Of a DNA stretch of 64,000 nucleotides, positions 49,927 to 59,199 are shown in pieces (position 1 is the stretch's first letter; each line of letters begins with the position of its first letter). The stretch comes from an uncultured virus (IMG/VR IMGVR_UViG_3300029922_000022) (lineage: Duplodnaviria; Heunggongvirae; Uroviricota; Caudoviricetes): the IMG/VR virus record IMGVR_UViG_3300029922_000022. The stretch is one strand, 5' to 3'. The notes under the pieces are model-generated. The model was given only the letters and a program-made list of their open reading frames with translations, was not told where the DNA came from and did no database searches. Made by a program: the position numbers and the translations under genes.

Positions 49927-50547
49927 ATGATAAGTAAAGAACTTCGTTATTCGGAATTAAAATTTAATGGTAAAATTTTCACTGAACAGTGGAAAATTGA
50001 TGAGATTTTAATTGATAATAAATTCAATTGGATGGTTAATGCAGAAATAAAAAATGCTAGACTTGAAATTTTTCAAGATACATTAGTTTGGAATGCTGGT
50101 ATTTGGTATAATGGTGATTGGTATTTTGGAGTTTGGAGAGATGGTGAGTGGAGATATGGTAATTGGCAAAATGGAGTATGGTATAATGGAGTATGGAGAA
50201 ATGGAATTTTTAAATCAGGAATTATATACAAAGGAAATTTTTTTAAAGGAAAAATAGAAGGAGGAGAAATACGTGGTGGTAATTTCATAGATGTTGAAAT
50301 ATCTCCAAATGTAGTTGAATATACTGGTGATGAATATCAAGTAAAAAAACAAGAAGAACAAGAAAATAAACAAGTTGCAACAGCGCAAGCACAACCTATA
50401 ACACAATCTCAGCCTAATGTAACAGATAAAGTTAAAGTTCATAGTTCACAAGCAGAAGTTACACAACCTATTCAACCAAAAAAAGAAAGTATAAAATATA
50501 AAATATCAAGAGTGAAAAATTTTGAATCATTCTCAAAAAATAATTAA
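49927..50547 (+). CDS. WxxGx pentapeptide-repeat protein
   Basis: WNAGI WYNGD WYFGV WRDGE WRYGN WQNGV WYNGV WRNGI. Confidence 0.75.
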   Translation: MISKELRYSELKFNGKIFTEQWKIDEILIDNKFNWMVNAEIKNARLEIFQDTLVWNAGIWYNGDWYFGVWRDGEWRYGNWQNGVWYNGVWRNGIFKSGIIYKGNFFKGKIEGGEIRGGNFIDVEISPNVVEYTGDEYQVKKQEEQENKQVATAQAQPITQSQPNVTDKVKVHSSQAEVTQPIQPKKESIKYKISRVKNFESFSKNN

Positions 50548-50552
50548 ATAAA

Positions 50553-50870
50553 ATGAATAAAACAACTTTAAATTTTGATGATTTCATAACTGAAAAACAT
50601 CATGACAAAGAAGATAAAATTGATACCATTACAATGGATGTTCCATTATTTATTCGTATGCTTGAATTTGCAAAAGAAGATGCTAAAACTGATATGGATT
50701 TACATAAAGCAACAGAAATCGCGCTTAAAATTTCAAAAAAAGAAGGTAAATTATCTATGGATAATTATTATAAAATCGTAAGTGAATGCGGTCAAGAAGA
50801 AGGTAAAGAAGATGATAAGAAAGATGATAAAAAAGACAAAGACGATAAAGACGATAAAAAAGATAAATGA
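50553..50870 (+). CDS. CTS-leader hypothetical protein
   Basis: MNKTTLNFDDFITE; DVPLFIRMLEFAKED. Confidence 0.65.
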   Translation: MNKTTLNFDDFITEKHHDKEDKIDTITMDVPLFIRMLEFAKEDAKTDMDLHKATEIALKISKKEGKLSMDNYYKIVSECGQEEGKEDDKKDDKKDKDDKDDKKDK

Positions 50871-51178
50871 AAATGAAAAAAACTTTAAAATTTGATGCTT
50901 TTTTAAATGAAACATTATCAACTATTCCAGGTTCAAAAAACTCATCATCAGATAAACAGATTCTAAGAGCAGCAATTTTAGCGGAGCTAGATACTATCAA
51001 CTTATATGAGCAAATGGCTGACGAAGCTAACGATAGAAAAATTAAAGATACGTTACTAGATGTGTCTAGAGAGGAGAAGGTTCATATCGGTGAATTTCAA
51101 ACCTTACTAAAAGAAATTGATGAAGAATATGCTGAGGAATTGAAAAATGGTAAAAAAGAAGTAAAAAACAAAGAATAA
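50867..51178 (+). CDS. Ferritin-like/rubrerythrin half-domain protein with CTS-like leader
   Basis: RAAILAELDTINLYEQMA...DVSREEKVHIGEF (ExxH). Confidence 0.8.
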   Translation: MKMKKTLKFDAFLNETLSTIPGSKNSSSDKQILRAAILAELDTINLYEQMADEANDRKIKDTLLDVSREEKVHIGEFQTLLKEIDEEYAEELKNGKKEVKNKE

Positions 51179-51190
51179 AATATAAATAAA

Positions 51191-52156
51191 ATGAGTATAC
51201 CTTTAAATTGTGATCATCTTTTAAATAAGTCACTTGATATTATATCAGCAAATTATAAAAATATATCAGATGAACAATTTTCAAATAATTCAAATCTATC
51301 TGATTTTAATTTTATTGATATCGTTTATATTTATGCTCTTACAGATAACGAAAATACTGTAAGATACGTTGGCAAAACAAATAATCCTCACAAAAGAAGA
51401 TTAAAACATATATCTGATGCTAAAAATTTAGTCGGAAATAGACATAAATGTAATTGGATTAGAAAGGTGATAAAATCTGGAAATTCTATAAATATTAAAA
51501 TATTAGAAACTTGTAAAGAGGAAGATTGGATTAATAGAGAAAAATTTTGGATTTCTCAATTTAAAAATTTAGTTAATATATCTGAAGGAGGAGAAAGTGG
51601 AGGAAATAAAAAATATCACAAAACATTTAAATATGTAAAAAATTGGGTTAATAAAAATATTCCAGATCTTAAAATAAAAGAAGATTGGTTAGAATATATA
51701 AAAAATAATACGTTACCTAAATTTATACCTAAACACCCGTATACAGCATATAAATGTAAAGGTTGGATTTCTTGGGGTGATTTTTTAAATAATGGAAAAG
51801 AAACATTCTTGGATTATATTAATTGCAAAATATGGATTAAAAATAATTATCCAAATATAACAACTCAAAAAACTTGGAGACAAAATAAACATTTATTTCC
51901 AGGATTCATTCCAAAAAGACCAGATTCTACATATAGTAAATCTGGTTGGATATCTTGGAAATCATTTTATCAAAAAGAATTTATGTCATATGATGATTGT
52001 AAAAAATGGTTAAATTATAATTATCCAAAGATTAATACTAGGAATTATTTCGATATTTTTAGCAAATCATCAGATAGACCTTTAAATATACCGAGTTGTC
52101 CATATATTGTATATAAAGATAATGGATGGATATCTTGGTCAAAATTTCTTAGATAA
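51191..52156 (+). CDS. GIY-YIG homing endonuclease with C-terminal repeats
   Basis: VYIYAL...RYVGKT...RLKH; three IPxxP...Y...GWISW repeats. Confidence 0.8.
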   Translation: MSIPLNCDHLLNKSLDIISANYKNISDEQFSNNSNLSDFNFIDIVYIYALTDNENTVRYVGKTNNPHKRRLKHISDAKNLVGNRHKCNWIRKVIKSGNSINIKILETCKEEDWINREKFWISQFKNLVNISEGGESGGNKKYHKTFKYVKNWVNKNIPDLKIKEDWLEYIKNNTLPKFIPKHPYTAYKCKGWISWGDFLNNGKETFLDYINCKIWIKNNYPNITTQKTWRQNKHLFPGFIPKRPDSTYSKSGWISWKSFYQKEFMSYDDCKKWLNYNYPKINTRNYFDIFSKSSDRPLNIPSCPYIVYKDNGWISWSKFLR

Positions 52157-52184
52157 AAAGAAACAAAAATACAAAAAAAATAAT

Positions 52185-52715
52185 ATGAAAAAATTAAAAA
52201 CATTTGAATCATATGTAGATGACGCAGAAGAATCTGGATTATATGATGATATGAGTGAGCTTCTTGATAAAGCTAATATTCTTATATGTAATTATAAAGG
52301 TATTAATCCAGAAGAAAATAATGACGCATCAGATCCAGAAGAAACAAATGATTCATTAGCTAAAATTGCTACGCCAGAAGCAATTAATTTAATTAAAGAA
52401 ATAAATGATAAATCTACTGAAATCGATGAGATGGAATCAGAATCATATTATAATGAAGACGATGAATTATCTGAATCTGTAGGTGATTTAGAAGATAGTT
52501 TCGTTAAAATTAATATAGATGAAACTGATTTAGAAGATTCAGATAGAAAAAAATCTGGTAAATTGAATCAAAAAACTGGTAATATTATTATTGAAAATCC
52601 AAGTAAGACAGATGAGTATAACGCAAAAATGAGATTAGGTGGAGAAGTTATTGTTGATCCTAAATTTCCTGAAAAATCTATACATCACGTAAAAAGTTTT
52701 AATGATTTTCATTAA
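52185..52715 (+). CDS. Acidic protein with MKKLKTFE leader
   Basis: Likely ATG start at 52185; ends VKSFNDFH. Confidence 0.65.
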   Translation: MKKLKTFESYVDDAEESGLYDDMSELLDKANILICNYKGINPEENNDASDPEETNDSLAKIATPEAINLIKEINDKSTEIDEMESESYYNEDDELSESVGDLEDSFVKINIDETDLEDSDRKKSGKLNQKTGNIIIENPSKTDEYNAKMRLGGEVIVDPKFPEKSIHHVKSFNDFH

Positions 52716-52745
52716 TAGAACCATGTAAATGAAATATATAATATA

Positions 52746-53069
52746 ATGGGATATATTTATTTATTAGAATCATCTAATGATGATGGTATAATTTACAAAA
52801 TTGGTTATACAAAAAATTCAGTCCAAAAAAGAATTAATTCATTACAAACAGGCAATCCTTTTTTAATAAAGGAATTGTGCTGCTTTCAAACGAAATATAA
52901 TCAAAGATTAGAAAAAAGTCTACACAATTTCTATTCTCATTGTAGATTAAATGGTGAATGGTTCAAATTAAATATATCGGAGATTAATAATTTCATTACG
53001 TTATGTAATAAATTAGAAAATAATTTTGAAAATCTACAAAATAATCATTTTATTTCAAAAATGTTTTGA
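52746..53069 (+). CDS. GIY-YIG (T5orf172/MUG113-like) nuclease
   Basis: GYIYL, YKIGYT, RINSLQTGNP, GEWF. Confidence 0.85.
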   Translation: MGYIYLLESSNDDGIIYKIGYTKNSVQKRINSLQTGNPFLIKELCCFQTKYNQRLEKSLHNFYSHCRLNGEWFKLNISEINNFITLCNKLENNFENLQNNHFISKMF

Positions 53070-53095
53070 TATATCAAATAAAAATACTATCTTTG
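53065..53095 (+). promoter_or_regulatory. Bacteroidota sigma-70 promoter TTTG-N19-TATCTTTG
   Basis: Upstream of tRNA(CAT) and lipoprotein gene. Confidence 0.75.
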
Positions 53096-53148
53096 TACTC
53101 AATTCTAAAACAAATTATGTTTTTAAACATATAATAATAGTATAATAA

Positions 53149-53221
53149 GGATCATTAGCCAAGTCGTTACGGCATCTGGCTCATAACCAGAAGATCGTTG
53201 GTTCGATTCCAACATGATCCA
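53149..53221 (+). tRNA. tRNA(CAT), elongator Met or Ile2
   Basis: GGATCAT/ATGATCC-A; TCTGG-CTCATAA-CCAGA; GTTGG-TTCGATT-CCAAC. Confidence 0.9.
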
Positions 53222-53267
53222 CAATCATAAATTTTTATGATTATAATAAAATAATAAATAAATAAAG

Positions 53268-53429
53268 ATGAAAAAAGTAATTTTAATGATCGCAGTTATT
53301 GCTGCTTTTACATTTGCTTCTTGTACTCCAAAGAGTGCAAAATCTACAACTCCTGCTCAGGATTCAATTTCTGCTGTTGATTCAGCTAGTGTTGATACAG
53401 TAGCAGTTGATACTGTAGTAGCAAAGTAA
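53268..53429 (+). CDS. Small Bacteroidota-type lipoprotein (not in ORF track)
   Basis: MKKVILMIAVIAAFTFAS-C lipobox; DSI, DSA, DTV, DTV motifs. Confidence 0.75.
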   Translation: MKKVILMIAVIAAFTFASCTPKSAKSTTPAQDSISAVDSASVDTVAVDTVVAK

Positions 53430-53564
53430 CAAATTTGTAAATAATTTGCGAAAATAAAAAAATCTGTATTTTTTAATACAGATTTTTTTATTTTCTATAA
53501 ACTTGTAATATTTTTTGTACTATTATTGATAACTCAGTTGTTGAATATATAGGAGAAAAAATAT

Positions 53565-54059
53565 ATGAATACAATAATGGCATTTATTTTAGGAATGTTG
53601 TCAGTTATAGTTTTTGCAGCGATTGTAATGGGTGTAATTGCATTTTTTAGGGTAATAAAAATGAATAAGAAAATTATTGAATTAGAAACAAATATGACAA
53701 ATAATGTTGGTGAAATATATGATAATATGCAAATACAATCGACTGATTTATCTAATATGATTTCTAAGTTAGAAAAATCTACAGAAAATAATTTTAGTGA
53801 AACACACAATATTATTAATAATAATGTAGAGACATTAAATAATGAAATTTCACAATTATCTAGTGAAATTTATCGTACAATGGATTCAAGATTCAATAAA
53901 TTTGAGAATAAAGTTGATAGCGAAAGAGAAACTGTTTATAGAACAATGGATTCAAGATTTGCTAATGTTGAAAATAAAATTAATAGTGAAAATGTATCTA
54001 TTAATAGAAATATTGAGTTTAGATTTAATGAACTTGATAAAAAATCAAAAGGTGAATAA
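53565..54059 (+). CDS. Membrane-anchored coiled-coil protein
   Basis: N-terminal TM helix; YRTMDSRF repeated. Confidence 0.65.
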   Translation: MNTIMAFILGMLSVIVFAAIVMGVIAFFRVIKMNKKIIELETNMTNNVGEIYDNMQIQSTDLSNMISKLEKSTENNFSETHNIINNNVETLNNEISQLSSEIYRTMDSRFNKFENKVDSERETVYRTMDSRFANVENKINSENVSINRNIEFRFNELDKKSKGE

Positions 54060-54107
54060 CCTTTATAAAAATAATAAAAATTCAACAACCGAGTTAATAA
54101 AAAATCA

Positions 54108-54506
54108 TCAATTTTTAATTGATGATTTTTTGTTTTTATATTTTCTATTATTGTAAGGCGTGATAATTTTATTATGTGAAAATGTGAAATTTTTAAGTTT
54201 TTTAGTAAGTTGTTTTCTTGGATTAAACATCTTCATTAATTCTTTCATGATACTCTTATCAATTTCTTTTGATAGTTCTAAGCTAAAAATTTCTGAAACA
54301 TCTGCTATAGTTGAATGATTAACTATATCATTAATTTTATTATATAATTTTACATTATCAATAGATAATATTTTTATTTTTCTTGTAATTTTATCAGTAG
54401 TAGAATAATAGATATTAGGAAAATCAGTAAAATATATATAAAAATGACTTTCTATAAATTTTATTTCTGATTTTCTATTTGCTGTATATTTATATAAGTT
54501 ATTCAT
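54108..54506 (-). CDS. Hypothetical protein
   Basis: 132-aa ORF. Confidence 0.5.
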   Translation of the reverse strand: MNNLYKYTANRKSEIKFIESHFYIYFTDFPNIYYSTTDKITRKIKILSIDNVKLYNKINDIVNHSTIADVSEIFSLELSKEIDKSIMKELMKMFNPRKQLTKKLKNFTFSHNKIITPYNNRKYKNKKSSIKN

Positions 54507-54518
54507 TTAGTTATTTAG

Positions 54519-54998
54519 TTATTTTCCAGTTGTTCCAAATCCGCCTCTATTTTCGGAATTCAAATCATCAACATAAATAATATTAATACCATTTGAGAAA
54601 AGCCATTTTAATTTTACCCAAAATGGTGCAAACATTGTTGGCTTGATTTCAAATTGACAAATTCTTTCACTTTCATTAATTGTAATATCATCCATAGCTA
54701 ATGCTGCAAATTTCCATCTATCGTTATTACCAGAATATCCAGATTCTTTTTTTGTTGGACCATCAACAACTCCATAGTGATTTGTTTGTAATAGTTTAAA
54801 GTTTTTATATGTACCAGATCTTGGTACTATATTACCTTGATAATATTTAGGTAGTTTCATAGAAACTCCTAAATCAAGTAATTTAAAATCGAATTTTTTA
54901 AGCGTTGTAGTTTCAGACACTCTTAAATCTATCCAGTTTCCAAATGAAACCAATTCACAATTTTCATTGTGCAATTTAACGTATATTTTTATTTTCAT
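54519..54998 (-). CDS. dut: Trimeric dUTPase
   Basis: WIDLR, IVPRSG, GVVDG...YSG, ERICQF, NRGGFGTTG. Confidence 0.92.
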   Translation of the reverse strand: MKIKIYVKLHNENCELVSFGNWIDLRVSETTTLKKFDFKLLDLGVSMKLPKYYQGNIVPRSGTYKNFKLLQTNHYGVVDGPTKKESGYSGNNDRWKFAALAMDDITINESERICQFEIKPTMFAPFWVKLKWLFSNGINIIYVDDLNSENRGGFGTTGK

Positions 54999-55036
54999 TA
55001 TATTTTTAATTTTTTTAATTTAATTTTTCTATTATT

Positions 55037-55294
55037 TTAATTTTCAAATTTAACTATTTTATAATCTTTCAAATTTATATTATCAGTAGATGGATTTTTA
55101 TAATTCATAGAAAATTGCGGATGCACATTTATCCTGTATGCAATTTCAGCTTCATCTTTAGTTTTAACGAACCATAATGGTGAATATATACATGTAGTGA
55201 AAAAATATTCCTGTCCAAATTCAGAATCACCATTTTTTAAATCACATCTGATAATTTCGTTAGTTTCTTTGTTTATAAATGTCCAAGCTTCCAT
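55037..55294 (-). CDS. Hypothetical protein
   Basis: 85-aa ORF in operon. Confidence 0.55.
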   Translation of the reverse strand: MEAWTFINKETNEIIRCDLKNGDSEFGQEYFFTTCIYSPLWFVKTKDEAEIAYRINVHPQFSMNYKNPSTDNINLKDYKIVKFEN

Positions 55295-55937
55295 ATATTT
55301 CTATTATTTTTTTTTCTAATTCTTCATCAAATATCAAATCATCAAATTTAAATTTTAATACGTTTGAATTATAATTTTTTAAATTATCTAAATATGTTTT
55401 AATTTTATTATCTGATTGATTTTTAAGAATAACTCCAGTAATATCATTTGATGTGAACGCGTATAATTTTTCAGTTGTAACTAATCCATTCCAAATATGT
55501 ATAGCATCCTTTGAACTGTATTTATTTGTAGTTATAAATCCTACTTTATCTATTACAAATAAATATAATTTATATCCTAAACTAATACCTCTCAATAAAT
55601 CTGGAATTCCTTTTTTAAAATCTATTAAATTTAGATTATTTATATCATAAGAAAATTCAAATTGTAAATCTGTTGATATTTTAGTTTCTAAATCTTTATT
55701 AATTTTATTAATTTTATCAATAAATATATTATCTGGTGTTATACAAAAATCATAAGATTTATCATTATAGTTAAAGTTGGATATATCATATTCAATCAAT
55801 TCAATTAATGATAATCTATAATTTTCAGCATCTTCTACATAATCACTTAATCTTCTTTTTAAATATGTTCTTTCAGTTTTTTTTAAATCAGCTAACACAT
55901 TTTTAGTGAAAGCTTCAAATTGTTTTATATAACTCAT
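55260..55937 (-). CDS. CTS-leader protein with possible GNAT motif (similar to 40892-41638)
   Basis: MSYIKQFEAF; IPDLLRGISLGYKLY. Confidence 0.6.
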   Translation of the reverse strand: MSYIKQFEAFTKNVLADLKKTERTYLKRRLSDYVEDAENYRLSLIELIEYDISNFNYNDKSYDFCITPDNIFIDKINKINKDLETKISTDLQFEFSYDINNLNLIDFKKGIPDLLRGISLGYKLYLFVIDKVGFITTNKYSSKDAIHIWNGLVTTEKLYAFTSNDITGVILKNQSDNKIKTYLDNLKNYNSNVLKFKFDDLIFDEELEKKIIEIYGSLDIYKQRN

Positions 55938-55954
55938 TATTTAATTATTTTATC

Positions 55955-57028
55955 TTATGAATTCCAATAATCATCATCATTTTTTATGTCTACTATTTTA
56001 ACTTCATTTATAACTTGATTAAATTTTGGATCCAAATCTACTTGATTTGAAATTAGTTTATCTGCGAATTCTTTAAAAATTTTAAATTTATTATTTGAAT
56101 CCATATCGGTTAATTTAATAAAAGTTTTAGGATCATAATTTAAAATCAATAATTCTGTACCTTTTGTATCTTTTGTTTCAGAAAAACTTGCAGATGAACG
56201 AAAGAAATCTTTTTGTAACCAAATATATTCATCTTTAGGTAAATATTTGGATAATTCTGGAAAATCGTAGTAAGATAATGCCCAACGGGATTTTGTTGTT
56301 TTTAAAAGTTCTAATAGTCTAATATGAGTTTTTTGATTGAAACTATCTTTTACTCCATACCATGAGGCTCTTTTTCCAGTGTCATTGCCATCTTCATCAT
56401 TACTGAAGTATGGTGGATCTAAATAAAAAAATGTATCTTTTGAATCATACATATTTATCAATTCTTCAAAATCTAAGCTATGAACGTTTGTTATTTTAGA
56501 TAATTTATTTTGATATTCTTTTTTCTTTAATTTATTTATTAATGCATATAATTTAATTTTATTAGTGCCACCTATACCACTATATCCCCCACTTCTAGGG
56601 TAAACACCGTTAAACGTTGAAGTTAATAAAAATGCATATTTTACTCCAGCATCAAAATCTGGTATATTTGTTGGTGGATTATCTAAAAAATTAGTTTCAC
56701 TCTTATCATGTTTATATGAGTAAAATATATCTTTATGAAATTTTTTATATTCTTCTCCAGTTTTATCTGTTTTTAAAAATCCATTATTTATTTCATCCTC
56801 TATATGAGATAAAAAAGTTTTGTGCTCTTTTAAGCATGCAAATAAATTTGCCATATGTTTATTGTAATCATTATAAATTATATTTTCAACGTGCGAATAG
56901 TCCAATTTAGGACTAGTATATACCCACATAGCGCCACTAAATGGTTCAGAAAATGTTTTTATGTCTTTTGGTATGTAGTTGTATATCCAGCCGGCCATAC
57001 GGCTTTTTGCCCCGAAATATGAAATCAT
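55955..57028 (-). CDS. Dam/D12-class N6-adenine DNA methyltransferase
   Basis: YFGAKS, EPFSGA, YNDYN, FYLDPPY, ELLILNY. Confidence 0.9.
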   Translation of the reverse strand: MISYFGAKSRMAGWIYNYIPKDIKTFSEPFSGAMWVYTSPKLDYSHVENIIYNDYNKHMANLFACLKEHKTFLSHIEDEINNGFLKTDKTGEEYKKFHKDIFYSYKHDKSETNFLDNPPTNIPDFDAGVKYAFLLTSTFNGVYPRSGGYSGIGGTNKIKLYALINKLKKKEYQNKLSKITNVHSLDFEELINMYDSKDTFFYLDPPYFSNDEDGNDTGKRASWYGVKDSFNQKTHIRLLELLKTTKSRWALSYYDFPELSKYLPKDEYIWLQKDFFRSSASFSETKDTKGTELLILNYDPKTFIKLTDMDSNNKFKIFKEFADKLISNQVDLDPKFNQVINEVKIVDIKNDDDYWNS

Positions 57029-57052
57029 TTTTTTGTTATTATTTTTATTTAT

Positions 57053-58057
57053 TTAGTCTAATCTTTTGCCTTTGTTTAAATTTCCTTCATAAAAAACTTC
57101 ATCAATTATTCTACTTGTTGCCCACATAGGGTTTAAATTTGTTAATGCATTTACAATAGATGGTAAGTCAGTTGATTCAAATGTAGCTATACTACGAACA
57201 TGATCTATGTGCCATTCTCCATAGTTATCCCAACTCATACCTATTGTAAATTTGGATTCAATGTTCATTTTAAATTCTTCTGCTGAATAACCTAATATAT
57301 TTATTGTTTTATCATATTTTGTAGTATTAAAATACGAAAATGTTCTTTTTAAAACAGCTCTCCACGCATATCTATATTTATTTTTATTGTAATTCTCATT
57401 ATATCTTTTTCTACTTCTTTCTTTATTTTTCTGTTGGTATTCTTTACGTTTTATTTTATATTTTTCTGATTGTCTTCTTTTATTTGCTTTTTTTAAAATT
57501 TCCTCTTTATTTAATTTATAATATTCTCTTCTTTCTTGTGCTAATCTTTCTTTATCTTTTTCATATTTTTCTTTATCTTTTTCATATTTTTCTTTATTTT
57601 TTTCTTTAATTTTTTCTCTAAATTCATCATTCAACATATCTTTATGATATTTTAATTTTTGTTTCTCTCTATATTCTTCTTTACTTTGTTTAACTTTTTT
57701 TATTTTTGGTTCAAATGTAATAACTATTTTTTTACATTTTTTAATTATAGTTAAAATTTTTTTAATATTCTTATCTAATTCAATAATCTTTTTTCTGTTC
57801 TTTGAATTAATATCACTTGGTTTAATTATTTTTTCTTTTTTCTTTTTTTTATAATAAATCTTTCTATCAATTTTTAATTTTTCTTTATTTTTAATTCTAT
57901 ATTTTTTTGCGTTTATCCTTAATTGTTCTCTATTTTCTTTTTTATATTTATTTCTACATTCTTTACAAGAATCAGTAAATCCATCCTTACTATACTTATC
58001 TTTTGAAAATTCTTCAAGTTCTTTTTCTTCCCCACATTTTTTACATATTTTTTTCAT
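57053..58057 (-). CDS. HNH homing endonuclease
   Basis: KICKKCG...CKEC; MSWDNYGEWHIDHV...NLNPMW. Confidence 0.8.
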   Translation of the reverse strand: MKKICKKCGEEKELEEFSKDKYSKDGFTDSCKECRNKYKKENREQLRINAKKYRIKNKEKLKIDRKIYYKKKKKEKIIKPSDINSKNRKKIIELDKNIKKILTIIKKCKKIVITFEPKIKKVKQSKEEYREKQKLKYHKDMLNDEFREKIKEKNKEKYEKDKEKYEKDKERLAQERREYYKLNKEEILKKANKRRQSEKYKIKRKEYQQKNKERSRKRYNENYNKNKYRYAWRAVLKRTFSYFNTTKYDKTINILGYSAEEFKMNIESKFTIGMSWDNYGEWHIDHVRSIATFESTDLPSIVNALTNLNPMWATSRIIDEVFYEGNLNKGKRLD

Positions 58058-58221
58058 TAGTCATAATATTCTTTTTTATCAATAGCTTTATGCTCAATAA
58101 GATCTGAATATATTAGATATTCAATATATTTTGATATATTGTTGATATTATTGTTCAGATATTCTCTGATATTTTCACTTAAGCACACTGATAATTTTTC
58201 TTTTGTCGTTATTTTTTTCAT
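58057..58221 (-). CDS. Small RHH-like protein coupled to HNH gene (not in ORF track)
   Basis: MKKITTKEKLSVCLSENIREYL...NISKYIEYLIYSDL; TAATG overlap with HNH start. Confidence 0.6.
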   Translation of the reverse strand: MKKITTKEKLSVCLSENIREYLNNNINNISKYIEYLIYSDLIEHKAIDKKEYYD

Positions 58222-58334
58222 ATATTATTTATTCTTTAAGGGTATATATAAATAAAGTAAGGTTATGTTTTGATATTTAATAAATTATTTTAAACAAAAA
58301 AATAGATTTTTATTATAAATAATAAAAATCTATT

Positions 58335-58499
58335 ATGTCATTTGAAAAATTTAAAATAAAATCAAATAAAAAATCTATTGGTATAACATTAGATATAGAA
58401 ATAAATAAAAATTTAGATAAATATTTAGAAAAAATTAAAATGAGTAAATCTGAATATATTGAATATTTAATAGAAAAAGATATAAAAAAAGCTGATTAA
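58335..58499 (+). CDS. Small RHH-like protein (not in ORF track)
   Basis: KKSIGITLDIEINKNLDKYLEKIKMSKSEYIEYLIEKDI. Confidence 0.65.
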   Translation: MSFEKFKIKSNKKSIGITLDIEINKNLDKYLEKIKMSKSEYIEYLIEKDIKKAD

Positions 58500-58737
58500 A
58501 TATCAGCTTTTTTGTTTAATTTTTCAAGTTTTTTCTTTCTAATTAATATATTAACATATCTTTGATGTTCTTGAGAACCATGTCATTCATTAAATGATAA
58601 TTTATTATCAAAATCTATGATATAAATAGTATCATCATTATCTTCTTCATTATATTGTGAATCACTAAAATATTTTCTGTAAGCTTTAATATCAACTGCA
58701 AGTTTTTCCGCATTTTATAAAGGCATTCCGTAGTCTA

Positions 58738-59199
58738 TCATATATTAGTTTTCACATCTTCTTTACCCCATTCACTTTCAAATTGAGTTCTCATTTCTTC
58801 ATATTTTCCGTACATTTCTTTGAATCTATTAGTATCTTCAATTGAAATAATTTTACAACTAAAAAAACATGGATATCCATTAACACTTCTTGGTCCTGCT
58901 TGACTATAGCTTTCATAAAGCATACCTATTGTTCTTAAATATTCTTCACGTTTGTGAGTATTATTTTTATATTCAGTACATTCATCCAGATAGTTAAGTT
59001 TATTTTTTCTATCAATTTTTATTTTTCCTGTTAAATCAGGAATAGTTGGAGCAGATCCTAAAAATATAAAAGGCATAAAAATCATCATCAAGTCACTTTG
59101 GCTACATTGAAGAGATGTGAATATTTTACAATCAAATACATTTTTAACGAGTTCTTTAAGTTCATCGTTAGTCATTTTATGATGTTCCCAGTTTGTCAT
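58738..59199 (-). CDS. Hypothetical protein
   Basis: 153-aa ORF; AGPRSVNGYPCFFS. Confidence 0.65.
   Translation of the reverse strand: MTNWEHHKMTNDELKELVKNVFDCKIFTSLQCSQSDLMMIFMPFIFLGSAPTIPDLTGKIKIDRKNKLNYLDECTEYKNNTHKREEYLRTIGMLYESYSQAGPRSVNGYPCFFSCKIISIEDTNRFKEMYGKYEEMRTQFESEWGKEDVKTNI

Noticed and set aside
51191..52330. Similarity of LLNKSLDIISANYKNI (51191) to LLDKANILICNYKGI (52185)
   Set aside because: Too short and weak to support a duplication by eye.
721..58057. Diversity-generating retroelement or retron behind the variable small genes
   Set aside because: No reverse transcriptase and no template/variable repeat pair visible in this window.
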